The notes beneath the pieces were generated by a model. The model made no database searches. It had not been told where the DNA came from and worked only from the letters and a program-made list of their open reading frames with translations. A stretch of DNA of 64,000 nucleotides from Eledone cirrhosa. Taxonomy: Eukaryota. Below are positions 35,401 through 48,800 of this stretch, one piece after another (the first letter of the stretch is position 1; each line of letters begins with the position of its first letter). A program made the translations under genes and the position numbers. The stretch covers positions 99,882,001 through 99,946,000 of the forward strand of contig OZ024744.1 in NCBI GenBank assembly GCA_964016885.1, in the 5' to 3' direction.

Positions 35401-38400
35401 GTAGTTAACTAGACCTCTATAATATATAGTATTATATGTTGTTAACTGGACCTCTATAATATATAGTATTGTTGTTAACTGGACCTCTATAATATATAGT
35501 ATTATATGTTGTTAACTGGACCTCTATAATATATAGTATTATATGTTGTTAACTGGACCTCTATAATATATAGTATTGTTGTTAACTATACCTCTATAAT
35601 ATATAGTATTGTTGTTAACTAGACCTCTATAATATATAGTATTGTTGTTAACTAGACCTCCATAATATATAGTATTGTTGTTAACTGGACCTCTATAATA
35701 TATATTATTGTTGTTAACTGGACCTCTATACTATATAGTATTGTTGTTAACTGGACCACTATAATATATAGTATTGTTGTTACCTGGACCTCTATAATAT
35801 ATAGTATTGTTGTTACCTGGACCTCTATAATATATAGTATTGTTGTTAACTGGACCTCTATAATATATAGTATTGTTGTAAACTGGACCTCTATAATATA
35901 TAGTATTATATGTTGTTAACTGGACCTCTATAATATATAGTATTGTTGTTAACTGAACCTCTATAATATATAGTATTGTTGTTAATTGGACCTCTATAAT
36001 ATATAGTATTGTTGTTAACTGGACCTCTATAATATATAGTATTGTTGTTACCTGGACCTCTATAATATATAGTATTGTTGTTAACTGGACCTCTATAATA
36101 TATAGTATTGTATGTAGTTAACTATACCTCTATAATATATAGTATTGTTGTTAACTGGACCTCTATAATATATAGTATTGTTGTTAACTGGACCTCTATA
36201 ATATATAGTATTATTGTTAACTGCACCTCTATAATATATAGTATTGTTGTTAACTGGACCTCTATACTATATAGTATTGTTGTTAACTATACCTATATAA
36301 TATATAGTATTGTTGTTAACTAGACCTCTATAATATATAGTATTATTGTTAACTGCACCTCTATAATATATAGTATTGTTGTTAACTGGACCTCTATACT
36401 ATATAGTATTGTTTTTACCTGGACCTCTATAATATATAGTATTGTTGTTAACTGGACCTCTATAATATATAGTATTGTTGTTAACTGGACCTCTATAATA
36501 TATAGTATTGTTGTTAACTGGACCTCTATAATATATAGTATTGTTGTTAACTGGACCTCTATAATATATAGTATTGTTGTTAACTGGACCTCTATAATAT
36601 ATAGTATTGTTGTTAACTGGACCTCTATAATATATAGTATTATATGTTGTTAACTGGACCTCTATACTATATAGTATTGTTGTTAACTGGACCTCTATAA
36701 TATATAGTATTGTTGTTAACTGAACCTCTATAATATATAGTATTGTTGTTACCTGGACCTCTATAATATATAGTATTGTTGTTAACTGGACCTCTATAAT
36801 ATATAGTATTGTTGTTAACTGGACCTCTATAATATATAGTATTGTTGTTAACTGGACCTCTATAATATATAGTATTGTTGTTAACTATACCTCTATAATA
36901 TATAGTATTATATGTTGTTAACTGGACCTCTATAATATATAGTATTGTTGTTAACTATACCTCTATAATATATAGTATTGTTGTTAACTATACCTCTATA
37001 ATATATAGTATTATATGTTGTTAACTGGACCTCTATAATATATAGTATTGTTGTTAACTATACCTCTATAATATATAGTATTGTTGTTAACTATACCTCT
37101 ATAATATATAGTATTATATGTTAACTGGACCTCTATAATATATAGTATTGTATGTAGTTAACTATACCTCTATAATATATAGTATTGTTGTTAACTGGAC
37201 CTCTATAATATATAGTATTGTTGTTAACTGGACCTCTATAATATATAGTATTATATGTTGTTAACTGGACCTCTATAATATATAGTATTGTTGTTAACTG
37301 CACCTCTATAATATATAGTATTGTTGTTAACTGGACCTCTATAATATATAGTATTATATGTTGTTAACTGGACCTCTATAATATATAGTATTATATGTTG
37401 TTAACTGGACCTCTATAATATATAGTATTGTTGTTAACTGGACCGCTATAATATATAGTATTGTTGTTAACTATACCTCTATAATATATAGTATTGTAGT
37501 TAACTAGACCTCTATAATATATAGTATTATATGTTGTTAACTGGACCTCTATAATATATAGTATTGTTGTTAACTATACCTCTATAATATATAGTATTGT
37601 TGTTAACTATACCTCTATAATATATAGTATTGTTGTTAACTATACCTCTATAATATATAGTATTATATGTTAACTGGACCTCTATAATATATAGTATTGT
37701 TGTTAACTGGACCTCTATAATATATAGTATTGTTGTTAACTGGACCTCTATAATATATAGTATTGTTGTTAACTGGACCTCTATAATATATAGTATTGTT
37801 GTTAACTGGACCTCTATAATATATAGTATTGTTGTTAACTGGACCTCTATAATATATAGTATTGTTGTTAACTATACCTCTATAATATATAGTATTGTTG
37901 TTAACTGGACCTCTATAATATATAGTATTATATGTTGTTAACTGGACCTCTATAATATATAGTATTATATGTTGTTAACTGGACCTCTATACTATATAGT
38001 ATTGTTGTTAACTGGACCTCTATAATATATAGTATTGTTGTTAACTGGACCTCTATAATATATAGTATTGTAGTTAACTAGACCTCTATAATATATAGTA
38101 TTATATGTTGTTAACTGGACCTCTATAATATATAGTATTGTTGTTAACTATACCTCTATAATATATAGTATTGTTGTTAACTATACCTCTATAATATATA
38201 GTATTATATGTTAACTGGACCTCTATAATATATAGTATTGTTGTTAACTGGACCTCTATAATATATAGTATTGTTGTTAACTGGACCTCTATAATATATA
38301 GTATTGTTGTTAACTGGACCTCTATAATATATAGTATTGTTGTTAACTGGACCTCTATAATATATAGTATTGTTGTTAACTGGACCTCTATAATATATAG

Positions 38401-41400
38401 TATTGTTGTTAACTATACCTCTATAATATATAGTATTGTTGTTAACTGGACCTCTATAATATATAGTATTATATGTTGTTAACTGGACCTCTATAATATA
38501 TAGTATTATATGTTGTTAACTGGACCTCTATACTATATAGTATTGTTGTTAACTGGACCTCTATAATATATAGTATTGTTGTTAACTGAACCTCTATAAT
38601 ATATAGTATTGTTGTTACCTGGACCTCTATAATATATAGTATTGTTGTTAACTGGACCTCTATAATATATAGTATTGTTGTTAACTGGACCTCTATAATA
38701 TATAGTATTGTTGTTAACTATACCTCTATAATATATAGTATTGTTGTTAACTATACCTCTATAATATATAGTATTATATGTTGTTAACTGGACCTCTATA
38801 ATATATAGTATTGTTGTTAACTATACCTCTATAATATATAGTATTGTTGTTAACTATACCTCTATAATATATAGTATTATATGTTAACTGGACCTCTATA
38901 ATATATAGTATTGTTGTTAACTGGACCTCTATAATATATAGTATTGTATGTAGTTAACTATACCTCTATAATATATAGTATTGTTGTTAACTGGACCTCT
39001 ATAATATATAGTATTGTTGTTAACTAGACCTCTATAATATATAGTATTGTTGTTAACTGGACCTCTATAATATATAGTATTGTTGTTAACTGGACCTCTA
39101 TAATATATAGTATTGTTGTTAACTATACCTCTATAATATATAGTATTGTATGTTGTTAACTGGACCTCTATAATATATAGTATTATATGTTGTTAACTGG
39201 ACCTCTATAATATATAGTATTATATGTTGTTACCTGGACCTCTATAATATATAGTATTGTTGTTAACTGGACCTCTATAATATATAGTATTATATGTTGT
39301 TAACTGGACCTCTATAATATATAGTATTGTTGTTAACTGGACCTCTATAATATATAGTATTGTTGTTAACTGGACCTCTATAATATATAGTATTGTTGTT
39401 ACCTGGACCTCTATAATATATAGTATTGTTGTTACCTGGACCTCTATAATATATAGTATTGTTGTTAACTGGACCTCTATAATATATAGTATTGTATGTA
39501 GTTAACTATACCTCTATAATATATAGTATTGTTGTTAACTGGACCTCTATAATATATAGTATTATATGTTGTTAACTGGACCTCTATAATATATAGTATT
39601 GTTGTTAACTGGACCTCTATAATATATAGTATTGTTGTTAACTAGACCTCTATAATATATAGTATTATTGTTAACTGCACCTCTATAATATATAGTATTG
39701 TTGTTAACTGGACCTCTATACTATATAGTATTGTTGTTACCTGGACCTCTATAATATATAGTATTGTTGTTAACTGAACCTCTATAATATATAGTATTGT
39801 TGTTAACTAGACCTCTATAATATATAGTATTGTTGTTAACTGGACCTCTATAATATATAGTATTGTTGTTAACTGGACCTCTATAATATATAGTATTGTT
39901 GTTAACTATACCTCTATAATATATAGTATTGTATGTTGTTAACTGGACCTCTATAATATATAGTATTATATGTTGTTAACTGGACCTCTATAATATATAG
40001 TATTATATGTTGTTACCTGGACCTCTATAATATATAGTATTGTTGTTAACTGGACCTCTATAATATATAGTATTATATGTTGTTAACTGGACCTCTATAA
40101 TATATAGTATTGTTGTTAACTGGACCTCTATAATATATAGTATTGTTGTTAACTGGACCTCTATAATATATAGTATTGTTGTTAACTGGACCTCTATAAT
40201 ATATAGTATTGTTGTTAACTGGACCTCTATAATATATAGTATTGTTGTTAACTGGACCTCTATAATATATAGTATTATATGTTGTTAACTGGACCTCTAT
40301 ACTATATAGTATTGTTGTTAACTGGACCTCTATAATATATAGTATTGTTGTTAACTGAACCTCTATAATATATAGTATTGTTGTTACCTGGACCTCTATA
40401 ATATATAGTATTGTTGTTAACTGGACCTCTATAATATATAGTATTGTTGTTAACTGGACCTCTATAATATATAGTATTGTTGTTAACTGGACCTCTATAA
40501 TATATAGTATTGTTGTTAACTATACCTCTATAATATATAGTATTATATGTTGTTAACTGGACCTCTATAATATATAGTATTGTTGTTAACTATACCTCTA
40601 TAATATATAGTATTGTTGTTAACTATACCTCTATAATATATAGTATTATATGTTGTTAACTGGACCTCTATAATATATAGTATTGTTGTTAACTATACCT
40701 CTATAATATATAGTATTGTTGTTAACTATACCTCTATAATATATAGTATTATATGTTAACTGGACCTCTATAATATATAGTATTGTATGTAGTTAACTAT
40801 ACCTCTATAATATATAGTATTGTTGTTAACTGGACCTCTATAATATATAGTATTGTTGTTAACTGGACCTCTATAATATATAGTATTATATGTTGTTAAC
40901 TGGACCTCTATAATATATAGTATTGTTGTTAACTGCACCTCTATAATATATAGTATTGTTGTTAACTGGACCTCTATAATATATAGTATTATATGTTGTT
41001 AACTGGACCTCTATAATATATAGTATTATATGTTGTTAACTGGACCTCTATAATATATAGTATTGTTGTTAACTGGACCGCTATAATATATAGTATTGTT
41101 GTTAACTATACCTCTATAATATATAGTATTGTAGTTAACTAGACCTCTATAATATATAGTATTATATGTTGTTAACTGGACCTCTATAATATATAGTATT
41201 GTTGTTAACTATACCTCTATAATATATAGTATTGTTGTTAACTATACCTCTATAATATATAGTATTGTTGTTAACTATACCTCTATAATATATAGTATTA
41301 TATGTTAACTGGACCTCTATAATATATAGTATTGTTGTTAACTGGACCTCTATAATATATAGTATTGTTGTTAACTGGACCTCTATAATATATAGTATTG

Positions 41401-44400
41401 TTGTTAACTGGACCTCTATAATATATAGTATTGTTGTTAACTGGACCTCTATAATATATAGTATTGTTGTTAACTGGACCTCTATAATATATAGTATTGT
41501 TGTTAACTATACCTCTATAATATATAGTATTGTTGTTAACTGGACCTCTATAATATATAGTATTATATGTTGTTAACTGGACCTCTATAATATATAGTAT
41601 TATATGTTGTTAACTGGACCTCTATACTATATAGTATTGTTGTTAACTGGACCTCTATAATATATAGTATTGTTGTTAACTGGACCTCTATAATATATAG
41701 TATTGTAGTTAACTAGACCTCTATAATATATAGTATTATATGTTGTTAACTGGACCTCTATAATATATAGTATTGTTGTTAACTATACCTCTATAATATA
41801 TAGTATTGTTGTTAACTATACCTCTATAATATATAGTATTATATGTTAACTGGACCTCTATAATATATAGTATTGTTGTTAACTGGACCTCTATAATATA
41901 TAGTATTGTTGTTAACTGGACCTCTATAATATATAGTATTGTTGTTAACTGGACCTCTATAATATATAGTATTGTTGTTAACTGGACCTCTATAATATAT
42001 AGTATTGTTGTTAACTGGACCTCTATAATATATAGTATTGTTGTTAACTATACCTCTATAATATATAGTATTGTTGTTAACTGGACCTCTATAATATATA
42101 GTATTATATGTTGTTAACTGGACCTCTATAATATATAGTATTATATGTTGTTAACTGGACCTCTATACTATATAGTATTGTTGTTAACTGGACCTCTATA
42201 ATATATAGTATTGTTGTTAACTGAACCTCTATAATATATAGTATTGTTGTTACCTGGACCTCTATAATATATAGTATTGTTGTTAACTGGACCTCTATAA
42301 TATATAGTATTGTTGTTAACTGGACCTCTATAATATATAGTATTGTTGTTAACTATACCTCTATAATATATAGTATTGTTGTTAACTATACCTCTATAAT
42401 ATATAGTATTATATGTTGTTAACTGGACCTCTATAATATATAGTATTGTTGTTAACTATACCTCTATAATATATAGTATTGTTGTTAACTATACCTCTAT
42501 AATATATAGTATTATATGTTAACTGGACCTCTATAATATATAGTATTGTTGTTAACTGGACCTCTATAATATATAGTATTGTATGTAGTTAACTATACCT
42601 CTATAATATATAGTATTGTTGTTAACTGGACCTCTATAATATATAGTATTGTTGTTAACTAGACCTCTATAATATATAGTATTGTTGTTAACTGGACCTC
42701 TATAATATATAGTATTGTTGTTAACTGGACCTCTATAATATATAGTATTGTTGTTAACTATACCTCTATAATATATAGTATTGTATGTTGTTAACTGGAC
42801 CTCTATAATATATAGTATTATATGTTGTTAACTGGACCTCTATAATATATAGTATTATATGTTGTTACCTGGACCTCTATAATATATAGTATTGTTGTTA
42901 ACTGGACCTCTATAATATATAGTATTATATGTTGTTAACTGGACCTCTATAATATATAGTATTGTTGTTAACTGGACCTCTATAATATATAGTATTGTTG
43001 TTAACTGGACCTCTATAATATATAGTATTGTTGTTACCTGGACCTCTATAATATATAGTATTGTTGTTACCTGGACCTCTATAATATATAGTATTGTTGT
43101 TAACTGGACCTCTATAATATATAGTATTGTATGTAGTTAACTATACCTCTATAATATATAGTATTGTTGTTAACTGGACCTCTATAATATATAGTATTAT
43201 ATGTTGTTAACTGGACCTCTATAATATATAGTATTGTTGTTAACTGGACCTCTATAATATATAGTATTGTTGTTAACTAGACCTCTATAATATATAGTAT
43301 TATTGTTAACTGCACCTCTATAATATATAGTATTGTTGTTAACTGGACCTCTATACTATATAGTATTGTTGTTACCTGGACCTCTATAATATATAGTATT
43401 GTTGTTAACTGAACCTCTATAATATATAGTATTGTTGTTACCTGGACCTCTATAATATATAGTATTGTTGTTACCTGGACCTCTATAATATATAGTATTG
43501 TTGTTAACTGAACCTCTATAATATATAGTATTGTTGTTACCTGGACCTCTATAATATATAGTATTGTTGTTACCTGGACCTCTATAATATATAGTATTGT
43601 TGTTAGCTGGACCTCTATAATATATAGTATTGTTGTTACCTGGACCTCTATAATATATAGTATTGTTGTTAACTGGACCTCTATAATATATAGTATTGTT
43701 GTTAACTGGACCTCTATAATATATAGTATTGTTGTTAACTAGACCTCTATAATATATAGTATTGTTGTTAACTATACCTCTATAATATATAGTATTATAT
43801 GTTGTTAACTGGACCTCTATAATATATAGTATTGTTGTTAACTATACCTCTATAATATATAGTATTGTTGTTAACTATACCTCTATAATATATAGTATTA
43901 TATGTTGTTAACTGGACCTCTATAATATATAGTATTGTTGTTAACTATACCTCTATAATATATAGTATTGTTGTTAACTATACCTCTATAATATATAGTA
44001 TTATATGTTAACTGGACCTCTATAATATATAGTATTGTTGTTAACTGTGACTCTATAATATATAGTATTGTATGTAGTTAACTATACCTCTATAATATAT
44101 AGTATTGTTGTTAACTGAACCTCTATAATATATAGTATTGTTGTTAACTAGACCTCTATAATATATAGTATTGTTGTTAACTGGACCTCTATAATATATA
44201 GTATTGTTGTTAACTGGACCTCTATAATATATAGTATTGTTGTTAACTATACCTCTATAATATATAGTATTGTATGTTGTTAACTGGACCTCTATAATAT
44301 ATAGTATTATATGTTGTTAACTGGACCTCTATAATATATAGTATTATATGTTGTTACCTGGACCTCTATAATATATAGTATTGTTGTTAACTGGACCTCT

Positions 44401-45693
44401 ATAATATATAGTATTATATGTTGTTAACTGGACCTCTATAATATATAGTATTGTTGTTAACTGGACCTCTATAATATATAGTATTGTTGTTAACTATACC
44501 TCTATAATATATAGTATTGTTGTTAACTGGACCTCTATAATATATAGTATTGTTGTTAACTGGACCTCTATAATATATAGTATTGTTGTTACCTGGACCT
44601 CTATAATATATAGTATTGTTGTTAACTGGACCTCTATAATATATAGTATTATATGTTGTTAACTGGACCTCTATAATATATAGTATTGTATGTTGTTAAC
44701 TGGACCTCTATAATATATAGTATTATATGTTGTTAACTGGAACTCTATAATATATAGTATTACATGTTGTTAACTGGAACTCTATAATATATAGTATTAT
44801 ATGTTGTTAACTGGACCTCTATAATATATAGTATTATATGTTGTTAACTGGACCTCTATAATATATAGTATTATATGTTGTTAACTGGACCTCTATAATA
44901 TATAGTATTATATGTTGTTAACTGGAACTCTATAATATATAGTATTATATGTTGTTAACTGGAACTCTATAATATATAGTATTATATGTTGTTAACTGGA
45001 CCTCTATAATATATAGTATTATATGTTGTTAACTGGACCTCTATAATATATAGTATTATATGTTGTTAACTGGACCTCTATAATATATAGTATTATATGT
45101 TGTTAACTGGAACTCTATAATATATAGTATTATTTGTTGTTAACTAGACCTCTATAATATATAGTATTGTTGTTAACTAGACCTCTATAATATATAGTAT
45201 TGTTGTTAACTGGAACTCTATAATATATAGTATTGTTGTTAACTAGACCTCTATAATATATAGTATTGTTGTTAACTGGAACTCTATAATATATAGTATT
45301 GTTGTTAACTAGACCTCTATAATATATAGTATTGTTGTTAACTGGAACTCTATAATATATAGTATTGTTGTTAACTAGACCTCTATAATATATAGTATTG
45401 TTGTTAACTGCACCTCTATAATATATAGTATTGTTGTTACCTGCACCTCAATAATATATAGTATTGTTGTTACCTGGACCTCTATAATATATAGTATTGT
45501 TGTTAACTGCACCTCTATAATATATAGTATTGTTGTTACCTGGACCTCTATACTATATAGTATTATAAGTTGCTAACTGGACCTCTATAATATATAGTAT
45601 TGTTGTTAACTATACCTCTATAATATATAGTATTGTTGTTAACTGCACCTCTATAATATATAGTATTATATGTTGCTAACTGGACCTCTATAA
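32452..45693. repeat. AT-rich satellite, 33-bp monomer (34- and 37-bp variants), ~13.2 kb
   Basis: Consensus GTTAACTGGACCTCTATAATATATAGTATTGTT; variants with an ATAT insertion and TATA/TAGA/TGCA/TGAA in place of TGGA. Confidence 0.99.
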
Positions 45694-45849
45694 TAGAATG
45701 GTATCTAACATTGCCTGGGATATAATACATGGGATTGGTGACTGTTGAAAGAGAATCATGGTAGTTCCACTGGATTGTCATGGTTGGAATACTTCAAAAG
45801 TTAGGATGGTCACAAGAGCAGTATCATTAAACAACAGGGTAAATGGTGA

Positions 45850-48800
45850 CAGTTGTAGCACTGTAAAAGAGGGTGGTGGGCATGGTTGGAGAGCTGTAAA
45901 GAGACAGTAGATGGTGGTAGTTGTAGCACTGTAAAACAGGGTGGTGGGCATGGTTGGAGAGCTGTAAAGAGACAGTAGATGGTGGTAGTTGTAGCACTGT
46001 AAAACAGGGTGGTGGGCATGGTTGGAGAGCTGTAAAGAAACAGTAGATGGTGGTAGTTGTAGTACTGTAAAACAGGGTGGTGGGCATGGTTGGAGAGCTG
46101 TAAAGAAACAATAGATGGTGGTAGTTGTAGCAATGTAAAACAGGGTGGTGGGCATGGTTGGAGAGCTGTAAAGAAACAGTAGATGGTGGTAGTTGTAGCA
46201 CTGTAAAACATGGTGGTGGGCATGGTTGGAGAGCTGTAAAGAAACAATAGAAGGTGGTAGTTGTAGCACTATAAAACAGGGTGGTGGGCATGGTTGGAGA
46301 GCTGTAAAGAAACAATAGAAGGTGGTAGTTGTAGCAGTGTAAAACAGGGTGGTGGGCATGGTTGGAGAGCTGTAAAGAAACAGTAGATGGTGGTAGTTGT
46401 AGCACTGTAAAACAGGGTGGTGAGCATGGTTGGAGAGCTGTAGAGAGACAATAGATGGTGGGAGTTGTAGCACTGTAAAACAGGGTGGTGGGCATGGTTG
46501 GAGAGCTGTAAAGAGACAATAGAAGGTGGTAGTTGTAGCACTGTAAAACAAGGTGGGCATGGTTGGAGAGCTGTAAAGAAACAATAGGTGGTGGTAGTTG
46601 TAGCACTGTAAAACAGGGTGGTGGGCATGGTTGGAGAGCTGTAAAGAAACAATAGATGGTGGTAGTTGTAGCACTGTAAAACAGGGTGGTGGGCATGGTT
46701 GGAGAGCTGTAAAGAGACAATAGATGGTGGTAGTTGTAGCACTGTAAAACAGGGTGGTGGGCATGGTTGTAGAGCTGTAAAGAAACAGTAGATGGTGGGA
46801 GTTGTAGTACTGTAAAAAAGGGTGGTGGGCATGGTTGTAGAGCTGTAAAGAGACAATAGATGGTGGTAGTTGTAGCACTGTAAAACAGGGTGGTGGGCAT
46901 GGTTGAAGAGCTGTAAAGAAACAATAGATGGTGGTAGTTGTAGCACTGTAAAACAGGGTGGTGGGCATGGTTGGAGAGCTGTAAAGAAACAATAGATGGT
47001 GGTAGTTGTAGCACTGTAAAACAGGGTGGTGGGCATGGTTGGAGAGCTGTAAAGAAACAGTAGATGGTGGTAGTTGTAGCACTGTAAAACAGGGTGATGG
47101 GCATGGTTGGAGAGCTGTAAAGAAACAATAGAAGGTGGGAGTTGTAGCACTGTAAAACATGGTGGTGGGCATGGTTGGAGAGCTGTAAAGAAACAATAGA
47201 AGGTGGTAGTTGTAGCACTGTAAAACAGGGTGGTGGGCATGGTTGGAGAGCTGTAAAGAAACAATAGATGGTGGTAGTTGTAGTAGTGTAAAACAGGGTG
47301 GTGGACATGGTTGGAGAGCTGTAAAGAGACAATAGATTGTGGTAGTTGTAGCAGTGTAAAACAGGGTGGTGGGCATGGTTGGAGAGCTGTAAAGAAACAG
47401 TAGATGGTGGTAGTTGTAGCAGTGTAAAACAGGGTGGTGGGCATGGTTGGAGAGCTGTAAAGAGACAATAGATGGTGGTAGTTGTAGCACTGTAAAACAG
47501 GGTGGTGGGCATGGTTGGAGAGCTGTAAAGAAACAATAGAAGGTGGTAGTTGTAGCAGTATAAAACAGGGTGGTGGGCATGGTTGGAGAGCTGTAAAGAA
47601 ACAGTAGATGGTGGTAGTTGTAGCACTGTAAAACAGGGTGGTGGGCATGGTTGGAGAGCTGTAAAGAAACAATAGAAGGTGGTAGTTGTAGCACTGTAAA
47701 ACAGGGTGGTGGGCATGGTTGGAGAGCTGTAAAGAGACAATAGATGGTGGTAGTTGTAGCACTGTAAAACTGGGTGGTGGGCATGGTTGGAGAGCTGTAA
47801 AGAAACAATAGAAGGTGGTAGTTGTAGCAGTGTAAAACAGGGTGGTGGGCATGGTTGGAGAGCTGTAAAGAAACGGTAGAAGGTGGTAGTTGTAGCACTA
47901 TAAAACATGGTGGTGGACATGGTTGGAGAGCTGTAAAGAGACAATAGAAGGTGGTAGTTGTAGCACTGTAAAACAGGGTGGTGGGCATGGTTGGAGAGCT
48001 GTAAAGAAACAATAGATGGTGGTAGTTGTAGCACTGTAAAACAGGGTGGTGGGCATGGTTGGAGAGCTGTAAAGAAACAGTAGATGGTGGTAGTTGTAGC
48101 ACTGTTAAACAGGGTGGTGGGCATGGTTGGAGAGCTGTAAAGAAACAATAGAAGGTGGTAGTTGTATAACTGTAAAACAGGGTGGTGGGCATGGTTGGAG
48201 AGCTGTAAAGATACAATAGAAGGTGGTAGTTGTAGCACTGTAAAACAGGGTGGTGGGCATGGTTGGAGAGCTGTAAAGAAACAGTAGAAGGTGGTAGTTG
48301 TAGCACTGTAAAACAGGGTGGTGGGCATGGTTGGAGAGCTGTAAAGAAACAGTAGATGGTGGTAGTTGTAGCACTGTAAAACAGGGTGGTGGGCATGGTT
48401 GGAGAGCTGTAAAGAAACAATAGATGGTGGTAGTTGTAGCACTGTAAAACAGGGTGATGGGCATGGTTGGAGAGCTGTAAAGAGACAGTAGATGGTGGTA
48501 GTTGTAGCACTGTAAAACAGGGTGGTGGGCATGGTTGGAGAGCTGTAAAGAGACAGTAGATGGTAGTATTTGTAGCACTGTAAAACAGGGTGGTGGGCAT
48601 GGTTGAAGAGCTGTAAAGAAACAGTAGATGGTGGTAGTTGTAGCACTGTAAAACAGGGTGGTGGGCATGGTTGGAGAGCTGTAAAGAAACAGTAGAAGGT
48701 GGTAGTTGTAGCACTGTAAAACAGGGTGGTGGGCATGGTTGGAGAGCTGTAAAGAGACAATAGATGGTGGGAGTTGTAGCACTGTAAAACAGGGTGGTGG

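Noticed and set aside
32452-45693. CRISPR-like array (33-37 bp periodicity)
   Set aside because: Units are head-to-tail with no unique spacers, there are no cas genes, and the context is eukaryotic.
45698-45838. Coding exon in the inter-satellite spacer (AG...GTAAAT), including a C-TGA selenocysteine reading
   Set aside because: All three plus frames contain stops, the acceptor lacks a pyrimidine tract, no SECIS or homology is recognised, and part of the spacer is degenerate satellite.
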